A stretch of 64,000 bases of DNA from Octopus sinensis (Eukaryota), in assembly GCF_006345805.1 (NCBI RefSeq), contig NC_043002.1, positions 52,018,001 through 52,082,000 of the forward strand, in the 5' to 3' direction. Made by a program: the position numbers and the translations under genes. Within the stretch, counting starts at the first letter, position 1, and each line of letters begins with the position of its first letter. The notes beneath the pieces are model-generated. The model had not been told where the DNA came from. It saw only the letters and a list, made by a program, of their open reading frames with translations, and did not search any database. Positions 24,924 to 37,508 of this stretch are shown here, in pieces.

Positions 24924-25279
24924 TTTGATTTCTTACTCACACTGGCGCTATTACACTTCAAAGAAAGTGAACTTTGTCACGTTTATTATAAAACTCGGAA
25001 CGCCGAAAAAAAATTATTCAGTCGATACGAAAATTTATATAAATGTATGTTTGAGTGCGGCAGATGTTATACAATAAAATTGATATTTATATAATTTATA
25101 TATACAGAAAATTAAAGTTGTTGATATTTTTTTATCCTGTTCTTTCAGGAAAAATTAAAACAATATTGTCAACCAATGTTTAATTTAATCGGAACGAAAT
25201 AATATCTGAACTTGTCAGACTTTATAAATGCGTACGTGTTTACAAATACACTCACATGTGGTGTGTGTGTGCGTGTGTG

Positions 25280-25306
25280 TGAGAGAGAGAGAGAGACAGA
25301 GAGGAG

Positions 25307-25370
<64 letters not shown>

Positions 25371-25404
25371 AAGAGAGAGAGAGATGAGAGAGAGAGAGTG
25401 GGAG

Positions 25405-25445
<41 letters not shown>
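25280..25445. repeat. (GA)n microsatellite upstream of the acyl-CoA dehydrogenase start; partner tract at 28646-28690
   Basis: Direct inspection. Confidence 0.97.
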
Positions 25446-28400
25446 TAGTTTCTTTATTCACATAAGGTTGAGAAAAGAGGGGACAAAACAAACGTTGGGG
25501 TCAGGGTATCGAATGAGAGACGAAACATGAATAAACAAACAATAAAATATATACAATTAATGAGATGAGTGATTAACAAAAAATAAAGCGGAGGACGCGG
25601 CGACCCCAAAAACCACATACTCACACTGAAGACTTGCTTTATCCTTTTTTACATTCTCGATTAAACAGGTTCTTTCACTCGCAACATACTTGCTATAGAC
25701 TTCCATCTTTTACGAACACACTTTGCGACAGGCATTTCTTCCCAGCCTTATTTCCGTTTCATGTGGAAAACGAAAAAGTCGATTAGCTCGAGACTGGAGA
25801 TAAACATGCCTGTTGCAATTCCTTTTACTCTCGTCTTCCACACTACTTCTTTCGCCATAGCAACTACCGAAAGAAAACAGGCTCGCTCCTCCCTATTCAG
25901 GAAGGTCGGCGGAACGATCTTAATTACAGATTCGCTCGACAGTTGTACTCTTCTCGAATGCGACAGCAGGTGTTCGACATAAGTCCAGAGTTTAGTCACC
26001 TTGGGCATTGCACAATCGCGTGCAGGACAGTTTCACTGTCCCTCTTACATCTTGCACAAACCGGCGAAGGTGCACACCCATGTCTAAAGAGCTTATCTCG
26101 AACCGGTAAAGCTCCTCTGTAACATTGCCAGGCCAGGGACTTTTGGTAATTATCCATAGGCCCCGACCGAATGTTCTTTGGAACAGGCTGGCCAGTTGAT
26201 TTTCGTCGAAGCCCAGAGTTTCTCCTAGTACGTCGTCACACTTAAACTCTACTAACCCTCTATAGAAGAAAGCGGTAGTAGCCCCGACACCGGCGTTGCC
26301 CGACTGGGAGAGAAGCACGAGTGCCTGATAGCACTCTGCATGCCACATGCCCAACCTCGGTCTACACTTGATCCATGGGTTCAGTTCGTTAAACGAATGT
26401 GAACTGTGGAAATAACAGCTTGACAAAGGAGACCACACCTGCTCACCGTCCAGGTAAATCCAGAGTGTCTAAGCCTGAGCGCATGTTCTGCGCATTTTTA
26501 GCCACGGCATCCCTAACCCACCGTTCAGCGGCTTTTGGCAGCAAATAGAGCGCCTTACAAGAGGTCTGCTGCCCCTCCACAAAAAGCGAAAGAGCATGCG
26601 TTCCAGTTGTTCAGCCACGAATCGGGGCAAGGCACTACGGTTAGGCGGTAAGTGATTACAGAGGCGATAAACACTTCTGCAACCTCCGCCCTCCCTTTCA
26701 AGGACAGTTTCCGCTCAGACCATGTCTGAGTTAGGAGAGCCACCTTTCTCGCCACCTCGCTCCAGTTCTTCTCTATCTGGAGATCTGGACCTAACCAGAT
26801 CCCAAGCATTTTCACCGGTCCTTCCGTCCAACGTCCTACGACGCTGTCGGAAGACATCGACTTGCCCCTCCAGGTGCCGAGTTGCAAGCCGACCGATTTA
26901 TCCCGGTTGACTTTCGCTCCTGCCACCGCTTCGTAGTCCCTTAAGGTCTCACCCACCCGCTGTAGGTGCTCGACTCGGGAAATAATGACGGTGATGTCGT
27001 CCGCATACGCCGAAGCTGACTTTCCGCACCCTAGATCTCATAGTTTCCAACCTCCTCAGCAACGGCTCGAGGGCCAAAACGTAGAGAAGCGGGGAGAGAG
27101 GACACCCTTGACGTCCGAACGTTCAATGCTGAACGGTTCCGAAAGGAAACCATTTACCCGAACTACCGATTCGATGTTGCTGTATAAAGCGATGATCCAT
27201 CCGCGGAAGGTCGGGCCGAAGCCAGCCGCCGCGAGGACCGCCTCCAGATACTGATGGTCCACCCTATCAAACGCTTTCGATTGGTCCAAGTGGACCATAG
27301 CCCCACCCTTGCCAGGAATCCTATTTACCCTTTCTAAGGCATAGCGTAGAAAGTGGAGATTGTCGTGGATGGTCCTTCCAGGGATGGCGCAAGTTTGCGC
27401 CTCGCCAACAAGTTCACCACGACCCTCGCCAACCTTTTGCTGCTGAGACCTTGGCTAAGATCTTCAACTCTGCGTTAAGCAGAGTGATAGGCCGGAAATT
27501 ATCAATTAAATCCCCCTTGTTTGGGTCCTTTCTTAACAGCGCTACCACCCTCGGCTCACAGACTTAGGAATTCTCCCGTTCTGCTGCCAGTTGGTGTACA
27601 CGCATGCAAGTAGGTGCCCAAACAAGTCTGGCATGCTACTATAGAGTTCGTAAGGCAAACCAATCGAGTCCGGCGATTTGTCCCCGCCGCAGTCTGCCAA
27701 CATATCCTCGACTTCTTTGGCTGTGATCGGCGCCTCACAGATTCCGCGTCCAGCTCGATAGACGCGGCGAACGGCTAGGAAGTCTGCGAGCTTCTCCCCG
27801 CGCTCCAGCCCGCCGCTCCTCCCCGCCGCTCCTCCCGAATAGCTGGGCGAAATGATCATGAAACACCTTGCACATCTCCTCGGTTTCGTTTACTAATCGA
27901 CCATTTGGGCCCGTCAGGATCGAATGGTTGAGTTGTTGCCACGCTGGCCCTCTACACCCGGGCCCATCCGGCTGCGTTGATCCCTTCCTGTCTCATTGCA
28001 CGGATCTTAGCCCTGACATGCACCCTTCATGTTTAGTTTTGAGATGTTGGTCTAGTGCTAACCTCGCCGCTAACACTTTCGATGCACTGCCTGACCTCAT
28101 TGCCTCCTCTATTGCCTTAACTAGTTCCTTTTCTACTTTGTTTCTAGCACTAGCTAGTTCTTTGCTAACCTAATTGACTCAAATTTGATGGCTCTTTTCA
28201 GGGCGTACCACCATTTATTGTTGATAATGGATCCGGTTAACGCCCTCATTACTAATTGTTTAATCCGATTCCTGTAGGCTTCACAATCCAATAGTGACTT
28301 GTTTAGCTTCCAATAGCCGGTACCGGTAATCGTCTACACATGCTATCTATGTCGAGCGTACAGGTCACTAATTTGTGATCGCTGTAGCTGACGATACGGT

Positions 28401-28640
28401 GTTGTGGACAGCTAAGTATTTTCTTATCTTTCCTTCTAGTTATGATTCTATCGATATAAGATCTGGACGACCCGTCGTTTCTTGCCCAGGTCCACGCTGG
28501 AGTGTCTGGATGGTCCAGTCTGAATCTATCTGCCAATTCGAAACGACTTAGCATATCGTTGAGGTGAGGTAATCCCCTCGTATTCTTTCTTGAGCCAACA
28601 TAATCTCCTTGCATCGCAAATTATGTTGAAGTCACCTAGC

Positions 28641-28645
<5 letters not shown>
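25446..28645 (-). mobile_element. Tx1/L1-clade LINE, 5'-truncated inside the endonuclease, frameshifted, flanked by (GA)n on both sides
   Basis: GDFN, SYIDRI, YSDH (APE endonuclease). FRPITLLNAELKIL, LDQSKAFDRVDH, AYADDV (RT). C-terminal C..C/H.IVQC motif. 3'UTR ends with AATAAAGAAACTA running straight into (CT)n. Confidence 0.93.
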
Positions 28646-28691
<46 letters not shown>

Positions 28692-28909
28692 TTTGTGTGT
28701 GTTTACATATAAAGGACATTATTCAAAAATATACTAGAATTGTTCACTGCACATGAGCATTTATTGGCCAAACCAACTCGATCCAATTGGAGTCAACGTT
28801 ATACAATATGTATAACCGTCCAACCCATGCTAGCATGGAAAGCGGACGTTAAACGATGATGATGATGATGATGATATATACATACATATATACATACATA
28901 CATAACATA

Positions 28910-28951
<42 letters not shown>

Positions 28952-29251
28952 GTATGTCTGTATATATGTTGTATATATGTATGTATATATTCATCATCAT
29001 CATCATCATCATCGTTTAACGTCCGCTTTCCATGCTAGCATGGGTTGGACGGTTCAACACTGGGGTCCGGGAAGCCAGAAGCTGCACCAGGTCCAGTCTG
29101 ATCTGGCAGTGTTTCTACAGCTGGATCCCCTTCCTAACACCAACCACTCCGTGAGTGAAGTGGGTGTTTTACGTGCCACCGGCACAGGTGCCAGATGAGG
29201 CTGGCAAACGGCCACGATCGGATTGTGCATTATACGTGCCACCGGCACAAC

Positions 29252-29326
<75 letters not shown>

Positions 29327-29357
29327 GTATGTATCTATGTATGTATATATCTATCTA

Positions 29358-29394
<37 letters not shown>

Positions 29395-29396
<2 letters not shown>

Positions 29397-29730
29397 TATA
29401 AATTAGAAAAAAACACCTTTAATCAATTCAAAATGAACAATTAATTACCCCATCTAGAAATTACATATAATAAAAATATTAAAATTATAATAACAAAAAT
29501 ATTTTTAACCTGATGAGTGGCTATATTTATATCGAACTGATTTTACTACTACTATTAATTTTTTTACTATAACTATTTCTTAAATATAGCCACGAAACAC
29601 GTGTCGTATATTCTACCAAATATATACGTTTTTATTATCATCTTGCAATTCACTTAATCTTCGGTATATTATTGTTATTTTAATTTTGATATTTCTATTA
29701 TATGTAACTTTCTAGATGGTGTAATATATA
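29395..29730. mobile_element. (TA)n-embedded element with ~62-bp inverted repeats flanking a hammerhead
   Basis: 29444-29509 and 29664-29725 are imperfect reverse complements (ATTAC.CCATCTAGAAA.TTACATATAATA...). Confidence 0.55.
29498..29612 (+). ncRNA. Type-I hammerhead ribozyme with long stem II
   Basis: CUGAUGA at 29510-16. Perfect 13-bp stem II (29517-29 with 29581-93). GAAA at 29594-97, palindromic ACACGUGU stem III, GUC triplet at 29603-05. Stem I is imperfect. Confidence 0.75.
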
Positions 29731-29929
29731 ATATAGATATATATATATTATATATATTGTTGTGTGTGTGTGTGTGTGGTGTGTGTGGTGTTGTGTGTGT
29801 TGTGGGTGTGTGTGTGTGTGCGTGTGTGGTGTGTGTGTGTGTGTATGCATGTATATATATAAGGAATTTAGATGAAATTTGTTGATTTTTTATAATTATA
29901 TTTATTTCACCTATACCCTCTGTTATGTA

Positions 29930-29961
<32 letters not shown>

Positions 29962-29976
29962 ATATATATATATATG

Positions 29977-30048
<72 letters not shown>

Positions 30049-30517
30049 ATATATATATATGTATATATATATATTATAAATATATATATATGTATGTATA
30101 TATATATATGTTATATACGTATATATACATATATACATATATACATATATATACATATATATATATATACATATATATACATATATATATAATATGCATA
30201 TATATACATTTATATATATACAATATATATACATATACATATATATACATATATATACATATATATATACATATACATATATATACATATATATATATAC
30301 ATATACACACATATATATATACATATATATATATATAATATATATATATATAATATATATATATATATAATAATATATATATTATATAACGGGAAGCTTT
30401 ATGAAAATAGACAAAAGACGAAGGCAGGTTTACGGAAATAAACAAAAGACGAAGGCAGGTGGAATACAAACAAACAATTGTATTAGTATGGCGCTCAGGA
30501 AATATAAATGAAACAAG

Positions 30518-30555
30518 TCTTTAACGTTTCGAGCCTACGCTCTTCAACAGAAAGA
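30518..30555 (-). ncRNA. Minimal hammerhead-like motif with variant core (CUGUUGA)
   Basis: UCUUU-CUGUUGA-A-GAGC-GUAG-GCUC-GAAA-CG-UU^AAAGA. Related, more degenerate copies at 20296-20335 and 19027-19064. Confidence 0.45.
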
Positions 30556-30827
30556 TACACAGAGAAAAAAACACAGAAAGAAGGAGAGAAAAAAATATGC
30601 GTGCGGAAGCTAGCGAATCAATATATATATACAAATTGAGATAGGGGTTGTAAATGCAACCCTCTATGGGATAATGTATATCCAATATACTGCTAGTGAA
30701 GTACCAACAAAGTTAATACATAAATGTTAATGATGGCGATGCAATCATTCGGTAATTGATATTTGATTTAGATGTATTTCTCCATTTTCTTATTTGTATA
30801 TATATATATATATAATATATATATATA

Positions 30828-30868
<41 letters not shown>

Positions 30869-30988
30869 GTGTGTGTGTGGTGTTTGGTGTGTATGATATA
30901 TTATGTATAGTATATATATATATATACATGTATATACAATTATTATATATATATATGTACACACACACATATTATATATATACATACA

Positions 30989-31053
<65 letters not shown>

Positions 31054-31180
31054 TATATGCCAGTGCCGGTGGCACGTAAAATGCACCAACCGATCATGCC
31101 CGTTGCCAGACCTCTCTGGCCCCTGTGCCGGTGGCACGAAAAGAGCACCCAAAACACTCACAGAGTTACACTCACGGAGT

Positions 31181-31471
31181 CAGAAAACTAAAATCATTGA
31201 TATTTTTCATCCTGTTCTTTCACGAAAAATTAGACTTTATAAACTCACACACGCATGAATGCGTGTGAGTTTATAAATACACTCACGTGTGTGTGTGTGT
31301 ATGTGTGTGTGTGTATGTGTGTGTGTGTGTGAAAGTGAGAGAGAGAGAGAGAAAGAGTTTGTGTGTGTTAACATATTAAGGACATTATATAATCGTTCAA
31401 AAATATACTAGAATTGTTAACTGTACATAAGCATTTATTGTCCAAACCAACTAGATCCAGCTGGAGTCAAC
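31181..31471 (+). repeat. Local duplication of the sequence flanking the Tx1 insertion (25105-25290 joined to 28690-28797)
   Basis: Collinear matches to both Tx1 flanks with only a short (GA)n between them. Confidence 0.85.
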
Positions 31472-34400
31472 ATTTTTCCTTGTGACCTGGTTACTCACAG
31501 TTCCATTACAAAGGCTAAATACATCTAACCTGCTGTAATTGTTTTAGATTCAATGCACGATCTCTGATCAAATCAGGTCATTACATCTCTAAAATATATG
31601 GCGGGGGGGTGGGGGTGAGACCTCGCTTGGCTCTACCTGATATTCGAAACTGAATCTGTAAATTCTCCCTAGCCGTATGACCTTTTGCTTTGTCAGCGAT
31701 AAATTGATTCTTAATCTTTTCTATGTCATGAAAAGTTCAAATATATAAGGAGTGAACTACATTAATTTAACCTGATTCCCATTTAACCACCACATGCAGG
31801 GTGTTCAAAAAGTATCTCCGCAGTGAATTTCTTTCATCCTGCGGAAGTCAGCCTAGGAAGTGCTCACACGGCAGTAAAAAAGTTGAAAATGAAGGACGAC
31901 ACTTTCAACACCTCTTATAAAGTTTTTAAAGTATTGTAAAGTCTAATATATTTTGTTTTGTAGTTTTAAACCATCTTATAAGACTACACATGGTATCTAG
32001 ATCTGGTAGAAATACCAGCCAAATCTCCTTCAAAACACCCTACTGTCTTAATCCGACAATTCTGCCTATTATGTAGTTTTAATGAGAAACTGTAACTAAA
32101 GATTAAGATTATTAACCCTACAAAGAGGTGAAAGAAGAGAGACAACATACCGAAAATTTTGGCTGACTGTCATCCTGTACTGCCTTTGTTGCTAGCGAAA
32201 TGGTATATGCCGGCTGTGTAAGCAACTGGTTGTTTTAATGGGGAAAGAAACAGGGGAATTCAATTAGAAAATGTTTTAATCGATTTTCTCGATAAGTATG
32301 GGGACTAGGAAAAAATACAAATCGCATTCCAATCTATGCACCCGTCTCCATATGTGTGCCATTTTTCACGCGTATCCACCCAGCCATTTGGTTGTGAACA
32401 TCAAGACAAGAAAGAATACAACGATCGCCCGTGTCCAATTTATATTATAGACCACCAGCTAAACCCGGTTTCACCTGGTCTGTTTGGATGATGTGACTGT
32501 AAAATCTGTTTTGTGGAAGCATTCGACTTATTTGGGCATGCTTACGTTAAAAAACAATTTTAGAATGACTTTTTTCTGTCAAAACGCTAAAAATAACTGA
32601 CCAACAAAAAAAAACCAAGATTCAATCAAATCAAAAAATAAACCCAAATACTAAGCAAACAACAGAAACAAACATAAAAATAAAACGTGTGTGTGTGTGT
32701 GTGTGTGTGTTTTCTGTGTTTGTTTGTCCTCGCCACCATCGCTTGACAACCGATATTAGTGTGTTTACATCCCCGTAGCTTACAAAGAGTAAGTCCAAGG
32801 GTTGATTTCTTAGACTAAAAGGTGGTGCTCCAGCATGGCCACAATCAAATGACTGAAACAAGTAGAAGAGTAAAAGTATCAAATTGACTAGAAAAACGTC
32901 AAGAATTACAAAAAGAACAGGGAAAAAATGTTACATAAGAGAAGTGTTCATTCATTTAGATATAGTTATTAAACTTCATCAGATTTGAAACTCATAAATT
33001 CTTCTTCATCATCACTGTTAAACATTCTTTTCATTTGTTCATCAGCCATCTACTTCAGATGCCTGTGAGGTTGAGTGGATAGGTCGAACCCCTGATTTTT
33101 AATCGAAATTTTTGGTGAATAAAGGAGGACCTATCCGCCAGTATATACGGTAATATAAATAGAAAATACAACTACTACATTGACTCCTGTGTTCCATAAA
33201 CCCCTTTCCTTCCTTTTTACTTTTTAACAGTGAAACAACATTGAATAGAATTATATGTAATCATTATAAACAAACTAATGAAGGCACGTGGCCTTCTGGT
33301 TAGGCTGCTGCACTCACGATTGCTAGATTACGGTTTCGATTCCTGGACCGGGTGGCGCATTGTGTTCTTGAGCAAAACACTTCATTACACCTTGCTCCAG
33401 TCCACTTATTTGTAATAAGTTAACCCTGCTACGTAACAGTCTTCTGATCAGGGGGTGTGTTGGCGTGTTCACCTAAAACAGTAACAGTTAAAACAGCAAA
33501 GCATATTGTAACCAGCGATGTATAACATTTGATAGTGTAATCAATACCGTGATACCGTGATAAACAAAATGGAAAAAACAGTTGTATGGTTAAGAATTTT
33601 GCTTCTCAGCAATGTGGTACCCAGTTCAATTTCACAGCACAGTACCTCGGGCAATTGTCTTATATTGTATCCTTGTATTCCTAGAGAAAATTACTATACC
33701 CATTCCCACTCCTTATGAATGAGAAGACTGAACATATTTTTGCATCCATATCATTCCTTTTTGTTAGACAAGTTTTAAACCATCTTCATATTATTAACCC
33801 TAGCAATTTGTTCGCCTCCTATTCATCTTCATGGTCACTACTTCTGAATTCATCAATAAAAAACATTGGGCCATTACCTACAAGTGGAATTTAGTTGACA
33901 GAAACTGTATGGAAGTTCGTATGTATGTCTGTCTCTGTTCGTCTCCTTTTATGTTGTGTCTTCATGCAACGTAACTTAGCGGCTCGAGAAAAAGAGTCAG
34001 GCAAGCGGAGGTTCAAGGAAGGGCCTGCCAAAAGTGGGATACTTATATGTACTGCGCCTCTTTAAATTATCAAATACAGAATATAAACATACAGAGTTCT
34101 CTCCCGTAACTAAATCGTGAGTGTGATACAGAGTAACCTCCCTTCAAAGAAAGAAAAAGGTAAAAAAAAAGGCAATCGATCTAAATTTTAACCTCCCAAC
34201 ATCATCATCATCGAAATTTCCAGTGTAGATTTCCAATATAGTTTTGAGATTTCTAGGGTCTCTCTCTTCCCCCCTCTCTTTCTCTCGTAGTTTTTATTCT
34301 GCTTGAATTTTCCTGTCTTTCCTTTACGGACGTTTAAATAAAAACCACTAATTTATTGATATTTAATAATTTGACAATATATTTCCCGTATAAAAATACA

Positions 34401-35939
34401 ATCTTGTGCAGAGCCTAATCAAAGAAATCGCTGATGGGAATCGTTGCTGGTCTTGTCGAATAGCTAGCTGCCTGTTGGTACTGTATTACCACTGTTTTTT
34501 TATATTGGATGGAAGCACTCCGTCGGTTACGACGATGAGGGTTCCGGTTGATCCGAATCAACGGAACAGCCTGCTCGTGAAATTAACGTGTAAGTGGCTG
34601 AGCACTTCACAGACACGTGCACCCTTAACGTAATACTCGGGGATATTCAGCGTGACACAGAGAGTGACAAGGTCGGCCCCTTGAAATACAGGTACAACAG
34701 AAACAGGAAGTAAGATTGAGAGAAAGTTGTGGTGAAAGAGTACAGCAGGGATCACCACCATCCCCTGCCAGAGCCTCGTGGAGCTTTTAGGTGTTTTCGC
34801 TCAATAAACACTCACAACGCCCGGTCTGGGAATCGAAACCGCGATCCTATGACCGCGAGTCCGCTGCCCTAACCACTGGGCCATTGCACCTCCACTTTTT
34901 ATATTAACAGGTGTTCAGTTCTCCAAGTTGTAAATATGTACCATTATGGCTCAGTGGTTAGAGCATAAGGCTCACAATCATGTGGTAGTGAGTTCGATTC
35001 TAGGACTGGACTGTGTGTTGTGTTCCTGTGCAAGACACTTTATTTACACGTTGCACCACTTCACTCAGCTGTAGAAATAAGTTGCGATGTCACTGGTGCC
35101 AAGCTGCATCAGTCTTTGCATTTCCTTTGGGTAACATCAGTGGCATGCAGAAGGAAGGTTGGTATGCATGGACAACTGCTGGTCTTCCATAAAATACTTT
35201 GGCTGTATTTGTGCCGTGGAGGGTGACTTTCTAGGTGCAATCCCATGGTCATTCATGACTAAAGGAGATCTTTAGACCAAGTTTTACTTTAACCTCTATG
35301 CTTCTATACTGTAATCGCTGTGTCCACGTAACACAGCCACTGTGTCATAACATTCACCATGCCTGTATATCACAACCACTGAATTGCATATATTACCGTC
35401 ATAATGCATTTTATATCACAGTCAATGAGTCTTTCTATTGCAACCACTGAACTTCTATATTACAAGTACAGTCCCTCATTGACTCACCGATAAAAAAGAA
35501 AAAAAGAACACCTGTCTTAATATAAAAACTAATAAAGTATCAAATACTATAAACAACAAACTTATAAACAGTATGTCTACAGTAGTTAAAATATTGGTTT
35601 CAAATTTTGGCACAAGGCCAACAATTTTGGGAGCAGGAGTAAGTTAATTATATCGGACCCAGTGCTCTACTGGTACTTATTTTATTGACCCCGAAAGGGA
35701 AGAAGGGCAAAGTCAGCCTTGGCGTAATTTGAACTCAGAATGTAGTGACAGACGAAATGTTGCTAAGTATTTTTCCCGATGTGCAAACAAGCCTGCCAGC
35801 TCACTGCCTGATAATATTAGAGGTGATATATAAATAGAAAACGATAAATACATCCTGTGAAAAATACACTTCCAGAAGATCAGAAAGTATCATGCAGAGA
35901 CTAAATTGGTTCCTCTAAGTGAACACAAAGTGATCTAAG

Positions 35940-36230
35940 TTTAGTTTAGTTAAAGCTTCTTAAGCCCTTCAATTCCAGCGGAACATAAGCCATCAGTGAA
36001 TTTTCCCCCGCTACTCTCAACTTTAGGCTGCCTTTTCTGCTTCTCTTCAGTTGGATTCTTGCACTTTCAGCTCCTTCTCAGTATCAAGCTCACAGCTATT
36101 TTTAGGGCACCTACTCTTCTACATCCTTTGTGGGTTCTACATCAGAGCCTGACAAGTTATGCAGGGTGATGGTTTTCTTGATGTGTGACCTCTCCACCCA
36201 ACAAAATGCTTCAGGGTCTGTTCCACACTT
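35940..36230 (-). mobile_element. Old RTE-clade C-terminal relic (different family)
   Basis: Minus strand reads TCQALM*NPQRM*KSRCPKNSCELDTEKELK, resembling the RTE C-terminal RQAL.WNPQG.R..GRPK.TW motif. Confidence 0.5.
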
Positions 36231-36575
36231 TTTGTATATGTCAATGTTTCTTGGTTGCTAGAGATAGAGTACGAAAATTATTAGCTAACTCCTATTGAGG
36301 TAGAAACACACGTCCATCATTATCTTCATATATTTAAACAATAAGCTTGTTCTTTGTCATAATTGCATGGCACCTTTGGGTAATTATTGATTCTTGAGCT
36401 CATACCCCTTTGCTTCATTGCTATCTGTAACTGGGATCCGTCTTTTAAAGGCAATAGTAGTTTTAATAAGTTGAGAATTTATGTTGTATGGTATTGGATA
36501 TACCTGTATATATATGTGTGGTGAGTGTGAGTATACATACATATATGTATGTGTGTGTGTATATATATATCTTAG

Positions 36576-36930
36576 ACGCAGGAATGGCTGCGTGGTAAGT
36601 AGCTTTCTTACCAACCACATGGTTCTGGGTTCAGTCCTACTGAGTGGTACCTAGGGCAAGTGTCTTATACTATAGCCTCGGCTGACCAAAGCCTTATAAG
36701 TGAATTTGGTAGACAGAAATTGAAAGAAGCCCGTTGTGACAGTATTTGTCCCTGTCCCCCCATCACTGCTTGACAACTGCTGTTGATGTGTTTATGTCCC
36801 TGTAACTTAGCAGTTCAGCAAAATAGGCTGATAGAATAAGTATCAAGCTTAGAAAAAAATAAGTACTGGGATTGATTCATTCAACTAAAAATGCATGGCT
36901 GCAATGATTGAAACAAGTAAAAGATAAAAG
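36576..36930 (+). mobile_element. tRNA-derived SINE family B (further copies e.g. 10735-, 13105-13510, 16322-16545, 21330-21698, 44530-45065)
   Basis: TGGCTG.GTGGTAAG head, GGGTTCAGTCC B-box, CORE-like CCT(T/A)GGGCAAGTGTCTT, (GTAAAAGA)n-like tail. Confidence 0.85.
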
Positions 36931-37142
36931 ATATTAAATAATGAAAAGCATAAAAAAATAATGACAAAACATAACAATATAACAAAGAAAATAAAATATG
37001 GAAATGTTTGTTTATTGTAGCAGAAGAAATACAAGGTTTTAAAGCCTGACGGACAGACTAAAAAATCTGCTTCTAAAAGTACAACCTTGGTATATTCTGA
37101 TTTCCAAAGTAATAAGTTTAAATATCTAGTGATTGGCCAGGG

Positions 37143-37347
37143 TTAATCTAAAATTCTGTTAGGTAGAGGTGCAGTGTCAGTGTTTGGAGGTTCAGGAATT
37201 TTCTCTGGTAACTTGTGTGGTGGCAGTTGAAACCTCGGACGCTGTGTGTCATGCAGGCGAATTTTAGAGAAGTAACCAACATAAGGGCGTTCAATTCCTA
37301 GTTTCTCTTTGACGCATTCATCAAACACGTTCTGTGTCTTGCGACAG
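37143..37347 (-). CDS. NDUFA8: NDUFA8 exon 3 (to stop)
   Basis: CRKTQNVFDECVKEKLGIERPYVGYFSKIRLHDTQRP...RILD* with TAA at 37143-37145. Spliced product is 169 aa with four CX9C motifs. Confidence 0.93.
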
Positions 37348-37476
37348 CTGGAGAAGATCAAAGAACATTTTGGTAAATTAAACAAGGATATCTCATTTCA
37401 TGACAATTTTAAAACTGGAAAATAGTATATGCCAACTAAGTATACTATGTTGTTCTATCTATCTAAAATTCATATG

Positions 37477-37508
<32 letters not shown>

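Noticed and set aside
33075-33145. 9-bp inverted repeat enclosing CTGATTT...CGAAA
   Set aside because: The core does not match CUGANGA and there is no coherent three-way junction.
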